Part shown: positions 1 through 10,856 of the stretch, in pieces
Layout: each line of letters starts with the position of its first letter
Numbering within the stretch: the stretch's first letter is position 1
Program-made: the position numbers and the translations under genes
NCBI GenBank assembly: GCA_024679065.1
Contig: JAGIQG010000272.1
Coordinates: 1-44,488 of the forward strand
Length of the DNA stretch: 44,488 nucleotides
Reading direction: 5' to 3'
From: Sphyrna mokarran
Lineage: Eukaryota
Notes under the pieces: generated by a model
The model's input: the letters and a program-made list of their open reading frames with translations, nothing else
Told to the model about the DNA's origin: nothing
Database searches by the model: none

Positions 1-1657
1 AATGTAGCTATGGAGAGCACTGAGGTACAGGGTTGCAAATTGGGAAGTATTGTAGTAGATAGGGAGGATGTGTTAGAAATTCTCGAGGGTTTGAAGTTGG
101 ATAAGTCCCCTGGGCCGGACGGGATTACCCTAGGATTCTCTGGGAGGCAAGAGAGGAGATTGCAGAGCCTCTGGCTCTGATCTTCAGGTCCTCGTTGGTT
201 ACGGGTGGGGTTCCGGAGGACTGGAGGATGGCGAATGTGGTCCCATTGTTTAAGAAGGGGAAGAGAGACCTTCCAGGGAATTATAGGCCAGTGAGTCTTA
301 CTTCTGTGGAGGGCAAGGTATTGGAGAGAATTATTAGGGATAGGATTTATAGTTATTTGGAGAGAAATGAATTGATTGGGGATAGTCAGCATGGTTTCGT
401 GAAGGGTAGGTCATGCCTTACTAACCTCATTGAGGTTTTTGAGAAAGTGACAAGAGAGGTGGATGGGGGTAAGGCGGTTGATGTAGTATATATGGACTTT
501 AGTAAGGCGTTTGATAAGGTGGCCCATGGAAGACTTCTACCGAAAATGCAGATGTGTGGAATAGAGGGTGATTTAGCTAATTGGATTAGGAATTGGCTGG
601 CAGATAGACGACAGAGGGTGGTGGTTGATGGGAGATATTCATCGTGGAGTTCGGTGACGAGTGGTGTGCCTCAGGGGTCTGTTTTGGGGCCCCTGCTGTT
701 TGTAATTTTTATAAATGATCTGGATGAGGGTATTGAGGGATGGATCAGTAAAATTGCAGATGATACTAAAGTTGGTGGTGTGGTAGATAGTGAAGAGGGG
801 TGTTTTAGTTTACAGAGTGACTTGGACAAGTTGCAGAGCTGGGCCGAGAGGTGGCAAATGGAGTTTAATGTGGAAAAGTGTGAGGTAATGCACTTTGCAG
901 GAACAATAAATGTGTAGAGTATAGGGCTAATGGTAGGGCTCTTAATAGTGTTGAGGAACAGAAGGATCTTGGTGTATGTGTCAATAGATCCCTGAAAGTA
1001 GTCAGTCAAGTGGATAAAGTTGTTAAGAAGGCATATGGAGTCTTAGCTTTTATTGGTAGGGGGATTGAATTTAGGAGCCGCAGCATCATGTTGCAACTGT
1101 ACAAAACTCTAGTGCGGCCGCACTTGAGTATTGTGTGCAGTTCTGGTCCCCACATTATAAGAAAGATGTGGAGGCATTGGAGAGGGTACAGAGGAGGTTT
1201 ACCAGGATGTTGCCTGTATGGAGGGCAGGTCCTATGAAGAGAGGTTGAAGGATTTGAGGTTGTTTTCGTTAGAAAGGAGGCGGCTAAGAGGTGATCTTAT
1301 TGAAGCATATAAGATGATTAGAGGTTTAGATAGGGTGGACAGTGCTAGCCTTTTTCCTAGGATGGAGAAAGCTAGCACGAGGGGACACAGCTTTAAATTA
1401 AGGGGTATGAGTTATAGGACGGATATCAGAGGTAGGTTCTTTACTCAAATAGTGATTAGGGAGTGGAATGCCCTGCCTGCAGCTGTTGTAGATGCGCCAA
1501 GTTTGGTGGCGTTTAAGAGGTTAATTGATAAGTATATGGAAGAGAAGGGAATGGTTTAGTTTGGAGGGGCCTTGCTTTTTATTTTGGTCGGCACAACATC
1601 GAAGGCCGAAGGGCCTGTTCTGTGCTGTATTGTTCTATGTTCTATGTTCTATGTTCT
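1..1657 (+). mobile_element. CR1 LINE copy (RT region to 3' tail), frameshifted, runs off the window edge
   Basis: ORFs 195-917, 1010-1237 and 1218-1559 are nearly identical to the RT at 6907-8862; (TTCTATG)n tail. Confidence 0.96.
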
Positions 1658-1699
1658 CCTAAAGTTCACGTGCAGGGGTTCGTCGGCAATTTGGAAGAA

Positions 1700-2330
1700 A
1701 AAAAAATCAATGTTCACATTCATGTCGAGAGGGCTGGAATACAAGCACAGGATTGTAATTGGGAGTCTGCATGAAGTTCTCGTCAGACCCATTTGGAGCA
1801 TTGCGAGCAGTCTGGGGCCCCATATCAAAGGAAAGATGTGCTCGTTTGGAAGACATCCAGAAAAGTTTCACAAGAATGATCCCTGTAATGAAGAGCTTGT
1901 CGTATGAGGAAAGATTGAGGACTCTAGGTCTATACTGGGTGGCGTTTAGAAGGATGAGGCGAGAACTTATTGAAAATTGCACAACACTGTGAGGCCTGGA
2001 TAGAGTGGATGTGGAAAGGGTGTTTCCACTAGCAGGAAAAATTAGAAACAGGGGGCACAACCACACGCTGAAGGGACAATCCCTTAAAACTGAAATGAGG
2101 AGGAATTTCTTTAGCCAGATAATCCGTGGAGCTCTGCCACGGAAGACTGTGGAAACCATGTCATTAAGTGCGTTTAAGACAGAGATAAATAGATTATTGA
2201 TTAATAGGGCATTAGGGCTTATGGGAAAAGATAGGAGAATGGGGATGAGAGAAAGAAATAACCATTATTGAATGGTAGAATAGGCTCAATGGGTCGATTG
2301 CTCTATTCTGCTCTTTTGTCTTATGGTCTT
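1700..2330 (+). mobile_element. Older degenerate CR1 3' fragment
   Basis: FTRMIPVMKSLSYEERLRTLGLY and RGHNHTLKG...MRRNFFSQ remnants. Confidence 0.8.
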
Positions 2331-2521
2331 GCAGTGTTATGATTGCACCGTTTTCGTGTCACATTCTAAAGGCGGAATCTGACTCAATTCTCCCACAAGT
2401 TTCGTTGAAACACCGGAGTGGTTACATGGGAATTATATATTTTTTTATTATTATTTATTCATGGGACTTGGGCGTCGATGGCTGGTTAGCTTTTATTGCC
2501 CATCCCTGTCTGCCGTTGGAG

Positions 2522-3340
2522 AGTACAAAAAACAAAGAACAAAACAGCACGGGAAACAGGCCCTTCGGCCCAACGACCCCGCCCCGCAACCCCGATATTC
2601 CCATCTCTACTCGCGATTCCTGTTCATGTTTACAGATCTATGGATTAAAAACCAAATTTGAGACAATTTAGGGAGAATTTGTTTTGCCAATTAGCCTAAG
2701 AGCACATCTTTGGGATGTGGGAGGAAGCCGGAGCTCCCGAGAAAACCCACGCAAACACGGGGAGAATGCGCAAACTCCCACAGACACAAGCCCAAATCCA
2801 TGTATCTGCACAGCACAGCGATAGTCACTGAGCTGTCGTGTTACCATCAGATGGTCCAGGTCAAGCATACACTAACAACGTGAAGTAGTAGGATACTCTC
2901 GAAAAAGATCCAAGAGCAGTCCTCTCACGACCCATCGCGTGTATGCCCCTCATTAGACAACAAGGTGGACCAAAGCACCTGTAGGATAAAATACACCAAT
3001 ATCATCATCTATTTACACACTTCCCAGGGATTCCCAAGGCTCATGATCCCTACTTTAAATCAGTTTTCTATACCCCTCCATTCCCATTCTGTTCGTGTGC
3101 CCATCTAATATTTCTTAAATAACTCCAAAGTACCTGCCTCCACCACTTTACTTGGCAGCGTATTCCATACCCCACCACCCTCTGTGTTAAAAAACTCCCT
3201 CTAGCATCCAAATTATACCTTACCCCCTCACCCTAAGCCCGTGACCCCTCGTGGTATTTGAGTCCATCTAGGAAAAAGCTTGGGCCTGTTTACTCTATCA
3301 ATTCCCATCAAAATTTTGTACACATCTAGCAGATCTCCTC
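2522..3340 (-). mobile_element. CR1 3' end with long SINE-containing 3' UTR (chimera copy 1), inserted in another SINE
   Basis: Collinear with 18098-18923 and with the reverse complement of 29070-29848. Confidence 0.85.
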
Positions 3341-3714
3341 AACCACAATGGAATGGCTCGGATGTCACATGCAGGCCAGATCAGATAAGGACGGCAGATT
3401 TCTTTGCCTAAGGACATCAGTGAACCACGGGGGAGGGGGGGGGAGGTTTCTAACAATTGAGAATGTTTTCATGGTCATCAGTAAATTCTTAATTCCAGAT
3501 ATTTGTGAATGTAATAAATTAAAGAACTTCAACAAAGCAACACTTCTCAGAGAATATATTCTGTCATCTATACTCTTTGCTTCTTATGCACTATCTTTGG
3601 GCAAAGTAGGTAATTTAGTCGAACGTTCTACTTGAATAGATCCCTTCTCCACAGATGCCTATATTTTCACTGGATAAAATTTACAGCTTTAATCCCGGGT
3701 ACACTTAACAATGA

Positions 3715-4170
3715 ACCCGAGCCTCGTGTTTTATTCTGGCCTTGAGCGATTTCCTGCGTGGAGTTTGAACGTTCTCCCCGTGTCTTTGTGGGTTTCCTCT
3801 GAGTGCTCTGGTTCCCTCCCATACGCAAAATGCATGGATTGGCCATGCAAAATCCTGTCTTGGTGTCCCAGAACATGTCGGCGATGTGGGTTGGCCATGC
3901 TAAATTGCCCTTTAAAGGCCAAGGATGAGTAGGATAGGAGCATTTGCCATGCAAAATTACCCCTTATTTTCCACAAATGTGCGGGTTAGGGGGATTGGCC
4001 AAACAAAATCGCGCTTTCGTGTCCAAAGATACGCAGGTAATGTCGATTGGACATGCTCAACTATTCCCAATATCAGCGAGATTAGTTGGATAAATATACC
4101 CATTTGAGATTATTGATGGTGATTGTTCAATGGATCGAATATCCTATTCCTCTACTGGAGGCATTTGATG
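3715..4170 (+). mobile_element. tRNA-derived SINE (elasmobranch HE1-like), degenerate, with internal repeats
   Basis: Core GTGGAGTTTG-ACGTTCTCCCCGTGTCT-GTGGGTTTCCTC shared with many copies in the window; family name from recall. Confidence 0.65.
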
Positions 4171-5454
4171 ATTCGCTTTATATCATTTTCATTAATTGTT
4201 ATTGATTAATACACAACATTTTCCCCTTCGTTAATATTTGTTTTGTTTCATATTAAATGTGCATGCCAAACTGCATAATCACATCACCGCAGAGCACAGT
4301 TGGAGACCATTCCGCCACCAGTAACTCTGCTGCACCTTTGATAGATTTATCTAATTAGTTCTAGCTCCGACTTTTCTTGTTTCCCCCATATCTCTGCAAT
4401 TTTTGTTCATGACACATTTTTGATCCAAATCTGCTCTTTGATCTGCTTACACCTCCCGTTTTAACAACGGTTTCATTTGGCAATAATATGTTACTTGTCC
4501 CGATTTACTTCAAACTGCTTCTCTCTGATCACAGACCCACAATTAAAATAGTATCTCCATATTTACAACATACAAATCCGTATGCACTCTACCTTAATTT
4601 GGCAAGGATATCTCACCCTGGAAGAGATGGAACAATACACAAACGCCAAACAAACGCATTGTCCTTGACCCGATCGGTGGGAGTGTGAATCTCAATCCGA
4701 ATCTCACTGCGAAATTGCTCTTGTCCTCTCTGTGAAGGAGGTGTGAAATATGCAGTGTGAATGCTGTGCTCTGTGCTTATTAATACATACACAATTGGTT
4801 TTGGAAAATAAAACTGATGTAGAAAGTTCTCTGTGGTTTTCCTGTTTACTACAGGCCCAAGTGTGGCAACGCACTGAGCACATTTTCCAAAATACCTACC
4901 CATATCAGGTGGACCAGAGTTTGAAAACAGAGCACGGAGGCTCTTAATCTGATAATGATAAAGATGTCAATGGAACAGTGTTCTAAATACTTCACAAGAT
5001 TGACAGCAGAATTGATAGGCCCTAACTATCTGACAGCATTGAATAGGCAGGAGCTCTTCTCTCTAAAACAAATGACTACTGAGGATTGTAAGGAAAGAGA
5101 CAATTACGAATACAGAAATGTTTAAAATGCTGACGCAGGATTTCTAATGAATGGGTCAACAGTTTAAGCTAGTCACTAGTAAATTAAATAGGAAATTCGA
5201 GACACTCGGGAGAATTTGATTGGATTTGATTCGAATTGATGCAATCGATTATTGCCACAGTTAATATGTATTCTTGGCGCACAGTGAAAAGTATCATTTC
5301 ACGCGCTATACAGACAAATCATACCGTTCATGATGTGCATAGATTTGATTCAATACTTTTACATGTATTGATATGCAATGAAAAGTATTGTTTTTTTTTT
5401 GTGTGCTACAGTGACAAAGCATACCGAACATAGAGTACATGGGGAGATGGAAAG

Positions 5455-5742
5455 TTGTAGGAGTTTGCACATTCTCCCTGTGCTTGCGTGGGTTTTCTCC
5501 GGGTGCTCCAGTTCCCTCCCATACCCCAAAACTTGCTCTTAGATTGATTGGTGTTAACAAATTGTCCCTAAATTACTCTTCCTTGAATCTGGTTATGGTT
5601 CCTTTATTGTGGAGTTCAAAAGACGTAGACAAAGGTCATAGGTAGAGGAGGGGACTCACAATGTTAAAATGGCGGCGCGGGCTTGTGGGGCCGAAGTGCC
5701 TGTTTCCGTGCTGTCTTGTTTTTTGTTTTTCTTTGTTCTTTG
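5455..5742 (+). mobile_element. SINE core plus CR1-type 3' tail
   Basis: GGAGTTTGCACATTCTCCC core, GGGCCGAAG-GCCTGTTTCC stem and TTCTTTG tail. Confidence 0.7.
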
Positions 5743-6351
5743 AAAGGGGAGGGTGCAGATCATAACGCCACAGTCACAATTAGGTTGCTGAGAAAGATCA
5801 TACAAATATAAGGTCCGGCCATTCAAAAGTCCGATGGCGGCAGAGAAAGAGCTATTCTCGAGTCGCTTCTTACCTGTTCGTAGACTTTACCTTTTTTTTT
5901 AACCCGGCAAACCAAAGTGAACAAAAAGTGGAAGTGTGTAGAACACACTATGACAGGAAATATTTGAGATGAATAGCAGAAGGGAATGTAATGAATGAGT
6001 TGGAGAGAGGGAGCAGAGAGAAATGAATAGAAGAATAGTTGATGAGGTGATATGATGAGGAAATACGATGAGGCAAAGGTGGACAATAAAAACAGCACAG
6101 AGCAGATGGGCCGAATGATCCCAATTTGCGCTCTACATTTTATACAATTGTGTAACAAAAAATATGCATTGAAAGTTGTGCTGATCAAAAGCATTGAAGG
6201 GCTAACATGCAAGCAGTTAGCACTGCCTCTTTTCTTTGTATGGTCTTCAACTGGGCATATTTGTCATTGTTTCCGTAAGATGGTAAGCGTCCTGCTTCAG
6301 ATAGAAACAATCCCGCCCACAGGATGTTTCATGGTTCTTTATAGTAATTGA

Positions 6352-6810
6352 AAAGTAGGCAGTCAAGTGGATAAAGTTGTTAAGAAGGCATATGGAGTCT
6401 TAGCTTTTATTGGTAGGGGGATTGAATTTAGGAGCCGCAGCATCATGTTGCAGCTTTACAAAACTCTAGTGCGGCCGCACTTGGAGTATTGTGTGCAGTT
6501 CTGGTCGCCACATTATAAGAAAGATGTGGAGGCATTGGAGAGGGTACAGAGGAGGTTTACCAGGAGGTTGCCTGGTATGGAGGGCAGGTCCTATGAAGAG
6601 AGGTTGAAGGATTTGAGGTTGTTTTCGTTAGAAAGGAGGCGGCTAAGAGGGGATCTTATTGAAGCATATAAGATGATTAGAGGTTTAGATAGGGTGGACA
6701 GTGATAGCCTTTTTCCTAGGATGGAGAAAGCTAGCACGAGGGGACACAGCTTTAAATTAAGGGGTATGAGTTATAGGACGGATATCAGAGGTAGGTTCTT
6801 TACTCAAAGA
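6352..6810 (+). mobile_element. 5'-truncated CR1 copy, left part (host of the nested insertion)
   Basis: ORF2 C-terminus ([11 protein letters not shown]...GRFFTQR) broken at CAAAGA. Confidence 0.93.
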
Positions 6811-6906
6811 ACATAGAACATAGAAACATAGAACAATACAGCACAGAACAGGCCCTTCGGCCTTCGATGTTGTGCCGACCAAAATAAAAAGCAATGCCCC
6901 TCCTAA

Positions 6907-8862
6907 CTAAACCATTCCCTTCCTATCCATATACTTATCAACTAACCTCTTAAACGCCACCAAACTTGGCGCATCTACAACAGCTGCAGGCAGGGCATTC
7001 CACTCCCTAATCACTCTTTGAGTAAAGAACCTACCTCTGATATCCGTCCTATAACTCATACCCCTTAATTTAAAGCTGTGTCCCCTCGTGCTAGCTTTCT
7101 CCATCCTAGGAAAAAGGCTATCACTGTCCACCCTATCTAAACCTCTAATCATCTTATATGTTTCAATAAGATCCCCTCTTAGCCGCCTCCTTTCTAACGA
7201 AAACAACCTCAAATCCTTCAACCTCTCTTCATAAGACCTGCCCTCCATACCAGGCAACATCCTGGTAAACCTCCTCTGTACCCTCTCCAATGCCTCCACA
7301 TCTTTCTTATAATGTGGGCACCAGAACTGCACACAATACTCCAAGTGCGGCCGCACTAGAGTTTTGTACAGTTGCAACATGATGCTGCGGCTCCTAAATT
7401 CAATCCCCCTACCAATAAAAGCTAAGACTCCATATGCCTTCTTAACAACTTTATCCACTTGACTGCCTACTTTCAGGGATCTATTGACACATACACCAAG
7501 ATCCTTCTGTTCCTCAACACTATTAAGAGCCCTACCATTAGCCCTATACTCTACACATTTATTGTTCCTGCCAAAGTGCATTACCTCACACTTTTCCACA
7601 TTAAACTCCATTTGCCACCTCTCGGCCCAGCTCTGCAACTTGTCCAAGTCACTCTGTAAACTAAAACACCCCTCTTCACTATCTACCACTCCACCAACTT
7701 TAGTATCATCTGCAAATTTACTGATCCATCCCTCAATACCCTCATCCAGATCATTTATAAAAATTACAAACAGCAGGGGCCCCAAAACAGACCCCTGAGG
7801 CACACCACTCGTCACCGAACTCCACGATGAATATCTCCCATCAACCACCACCCTCTGTCTTCTATCTGCCAGCCAATTTCTAATCCAATTAGCTAAATCA
7901 CCCTCTATTCCACACATCTGCATTTTCTGTAGAAGTCTTCCATGGGCCACCTTATCAAAAGCCTTACTAAAGTCCATATATACTACATCAACCGCCTTAC
8001 CCCCATCCACCTCTCTGGTCACTTTCTCAAAAAACTCAATGAGGTTAGTAAGGCATGACCTACCCTTCACGAAACCATGCTGACTATCCCCAATCAATTC
8101 ATTTCTCTCTAAATAACTATAAATCCTATCCCTAATAATTCTCTCCAATACCTTGCCCACAACAGAAGTAAGACTCACTGGCCTATAATTCCCAGGAAGG
8201 TCTCTCTTCCCCTTCTTAAACAATGGGACCACATTCGCCATCCTCCAGTCCTCCGGAACCACACCCGTAACCAACGAGGACCTGAAGATCAGAGCCAGAG
8301 GCTCTGCAATCTCCTCTCTTGCCTCCCAGAGAATCCTAGGGTAAATCCCGTCCGGCCCAGGGGACTTATCCAACTTCAAACCCTCGAGAATTTCTAACAC
8401 ATCCTCCCTATCTACTACAATACTCCCCAATTTGCAACCCTGTACCTCAGTGCTCTCCACAGCTACATTTCCAGCACTCTGCGTGAATACCGAAGAGAAA
8501 TATTTATTCAGTGCCTCGCCAATCTCTTCAGGCTCCACGCACAACTTCCCACTGCTATCTATGACTGGCCCTAATCTTGCCCTAACCAATCTTCTATTCT
8601 TAACATATCGAAAGAAAGCTTTAGGATTCTCCTTAATCCTATCAGCCAACATCTTCTCGTGTCCCCTCTTAGCTCTCCTCAATTCACTTTTTACCTCCTT
8701 CCTAGCTAATCTATAGCTATCCATTGCACTACCTGAGCCTTCAAGCCTCATCCTGACATAAGCCTCCTTTTTCTTCTTAACCAGCAAATCAACTCTTTTC
8801 GTACACCAAGGCTCTCTTACTCGTACCATTTCCTCCCTGCCTGACAGGGACATACTTATCAA
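6907..8862 (-). CDS. CR1 ORF2 C-terminal part, reverse transcriptase
   Basis: [46 protein letters not shown] motifs; authentic frame starts near RVREPW (about 8823). Confidence 0.95.
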   Translation of the reverse strand: MISMSLSGREEMVRVREPWCTKRVDLLVKKKKEAYVRMRLEGSGSAMDSYRLARKEVKSELRRAKRGHEKMLADRIKENPKAFFRYVKNRRLVRARLGPVIDSSGKLCVEPEEIGEALNKYFSSVFTQSAGNVAVESTEVQGCKLGSIVVDREDVLEILEGLKLDKSPGPDGIYPRILWEAREEIAEPLALIFRSSLVTGVVPEDWRMANVVPLFKKGKRDLPGNYRPVSLTSVVGKVLERIIRDRIYSYLERNELIGDSQHGFVKGRSCLTNLIEFFEKVTREVDGGKAVDVVYMDFSKAFDKVAHGRLLQKMQMCGIEGDLANWIRNWLADRRQRVVVDGRYSSWSSVTSGVPQGSVLGPLLFVIFINDLDEGIEGWISKFADDTKVGGVVDSEEGCFSLQSDLDKLQSWAERWQMEFNVEKCEVMHFGRNNKCVEYRANGRALNSVEEQKDLGVCVNRSLKVGSQVDKVVKKAYGVLAFIGRGIEFRSRSIMLQLYKTLVRPHLEYCVQFWCPHYKKDVEALERVQRRFTRMLPGMEGRSYEERLKDLRLFSLERRRLRGDLIETYKMIRGLDRVDSDSLFPRMEKASTRGHSFKLRGMSYRTDIRGRFFTQRVIREWNALPAAVVDAPSLVAFKRLVDKYMDRKGMV

Positions 8863-9688
8863 GGACTCTCAGCAGCTGCTCCTTGAATAAGCACCACATT
8901 CCAGATGTTCCCAGTCCCTGTAGTTCCCTAGTCCAATCTACGCACCCTAATTCTCTCCTGATGGCCTCATAATTACCCTTCCCCCAGCTATAACTACAGC
9001 CCCCAGCTTCATGCCTATCCCTGTCCATCACTAAGGTGAACGTAACCGAATTGTGGTCACTATCACCAAAATGTTCACTAACTTCCAAGCCTAACACCTG
9101 GTCTGGCTCATTGCCCAGCACCAAATCCAATGTAGCCTCACCTCTAGTTGGCCTATCTACATACTGAGTCAAAAAACCTTCCTGCACACTCTGTACGAAA
9201 ACTGACCCCTCTAACGAGCTAGAGCTATAGCTATTCCAATCAATATTAGCAAAGTTAAAGTCCCCCATCACAATTACCCTACTACTTTCACTCCTAATCA
9301 GAATTGACTTCGCAATCCTTTCCTCAACCTCTCTAGAACTATTAGGAGGTCTGTAAAAGACTCCCAACAGGGTGACCTCTCCTCTCCTGTTTCTAATCTC
9401 AGCCCATACTACCTCAACAGACAAGTCCTCATCAAACTTCTTTTCTATCACCGTGATACAGTCTTTGACCAATAACGCCACTCCTCCCCCCCTTCTACCT
9501 CCTTCTCTACTCCGACTAAAGCATTTGTACCCCGGAACCTGCAACATCCATTCCTGTCCCTGCTCTACCCAAGTCTCTGAAATGGCCACAACATCGAAGT
9601 TCCAGGTACTGGTCCAAGCTGCAAGTTCCTCCCCCTTATTGCGAATACTCCTTGCATTAAAGTATACGCATTTCAAACCATGCCCCAC
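8789..9688 (-). CDS. CR1 ORF2 N-terminal part, apurinic-like endonuclease (separated from RT by one frameshift)
   Basis: YFNARS, ISETW, GGGVALLV, YRPP, MGDFN, LDLVL, SDHN motifs. Confidence 0.92.
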   Translation of the reverse strand: MGHGLKCVYFNARSIRNKGEELAAWTSTWNFDVVAISETWVEQGQEWMLQVPGYKCFSRSREGGRRGGGVALLVKDCITVIEKKFDEDLSVEVVWAEIRNRRGEVTLLGVFYRPPNSSREVEERIAKSILIRSESSRVIVMGDFNFANIDWNSYSSSSLEGSVFVQSVQEGFLTQYVDRPTRGEATLDLVLGNEPDQVLGLEVSEHFGDSDHNSVTFTLVMDRDRHEAGGCSYSWGKGNYEAIRRELGCVDWTRELQGLGTSGMWCLFKEQLLRVLDKYVPVRQGGNGTSKRALVYEKS

Positions 9689-9789
9689 CCCACCCGTACG
9701 CCGCTGTGTTTTACAACTCTCTTCTATAACCCCCTTACTCTCATCCCTCTCAGCACCCCAACTACTTAGGATCCCACCCCCCCCCCGAA

Positions 9790-10713
9790 TCAGTTTAAAG
9801 CCCCCATCATAGCCTTAGCAAATTTTCCCCCCAAGATATTAGTCCCCCTCTGGTTCAGGTGTAGACCATCTCTCTTGAAGAGGTCCCACCTATCCCAGAA
9901 TGAGTCCCAATTGTTAAGGAACCTGAACCCCTCCCTCCTGCACCATCCACGCAGCCATGAGTTCAAACTATCCCTTTCTCTGTTCATCTCTAAACTATCC
10001 CTTGGCACAGGCAAGAGTCCAGAGATAACCACTCTGCCTGTTATGGACCTAAGCTTCCACCCTAACTCCATAAATTTCTGTTTAATATCCCCTTCCCTTG
10101 TCCTACCTACATCATGTGTCCCCACATGAACAATGACTTGGGGCTGACTCCCCTCACCCTTAAGAATCCTAAAAACCCGATCTGCAACATCCTGGACCCC
10201 AGCCCCTGGGAGGCAACACACCAGCCCTGAGTCCTGTTTATTACTATTTACCCTCCTATCTGTCCCTCTAACTATGGAGTCTCCTATAACTAGGCCTAAT
10301 CTCTTATTCCCCCCACCCACCTGAGCATTCTCAGCAGTCTCACCCCCAGAGACCTGCTCCCTTTGGTCAGCTCCAGTTGATTCTTCCTCAACTGTAGCCT
10401 CCAAGACAGAAAATTTATTTTGGAGGGGAACAGCCCCAGGGGATTGTCTCCCCGATTGCTTCTTACCCCTCCTCCTAATAGTTACCCAATTATCACTTAT
10501 AGGAGTTACAATCTCTTTGTTACTCCTGCCTATATCCTCCTCAACCTCTCGAATTACTCTGAGCTCCTCTAATTCCAGCTCCAGCTCCTTAACACGATCC
10601 TCAAGGAGCTGCAAATGTGCACACTTCCTGCAGGTATAATCAGCAGGAACACCACTGGTGTCCCTTACCTCATACATACCGCAGGAGGTGCAATGTACTA
10701 CCTGCACTGCCAT
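9790..10713 (-). CDS. CR1 ORF1p (zinc finger, coiled coil, SGNH/GDSL esterase-like domain), 307 aa
   Basis: CTSC...CRKC, LEDRVKELELELEEL, VIGDSIVRG, HVGTHD, DGLHLN; first ATG (MAVQ) at 10713. Confidence 0.92.
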   Translation of the reverse strand: MAVQVVHCTSCGMYEVRDTSGVPADYTCRKCAHLQLLEDRVKELELELEELRVIREVEEDIGRSNKEIVTPISDNWVTIRRRGKKQSGRQSPGAVPLQNKFSVLEATVEEESTGADQREQVSGGETAENAQVGGGNKRLGLVIGDSIVRGTDRRVNSNKQDSGLVCCLPGAGVQDVADRVFRILKGEGSQPQVIVHVGTHDVGRTREGDIKQKFMELGWKLRSITGRVVISGLLPVPRDSLEMNRERDSLNSWLRGWCRREGFRFLNNWDSFWDRWDLFKRDGLHLNQRGTNILGGKFAKAMMGALN

Positions 10714-10856
10714 CACTGTTACTTTAATTTGCAGGAGAGAAAAAAAAAACCTACACACACACTATTATTATTAGGTTAGAGGAGGGGGGAGGGTGGGATA
10801 CTCTACCTGTGTAGAGTATCGGGTTACCTCTCTGTAAGAATTTATAGAGTCAGAGA

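Noticed and set aside
5280-5320. CACAGTG + 23 nt + ACAGACAAA as a recombination signal
   Set aside because: The nonamer matches only 5 of 9 positions and there is no adjacent V/D/J coding segment.
7459-10129. Plus-strand ORFs overlapping the CR1 (7484-7798, 8432-8716, 9372-9812 and others)
   Set aside because: Antisense shadows of ORF1/ORF2; they recur only because the repeat recurs.
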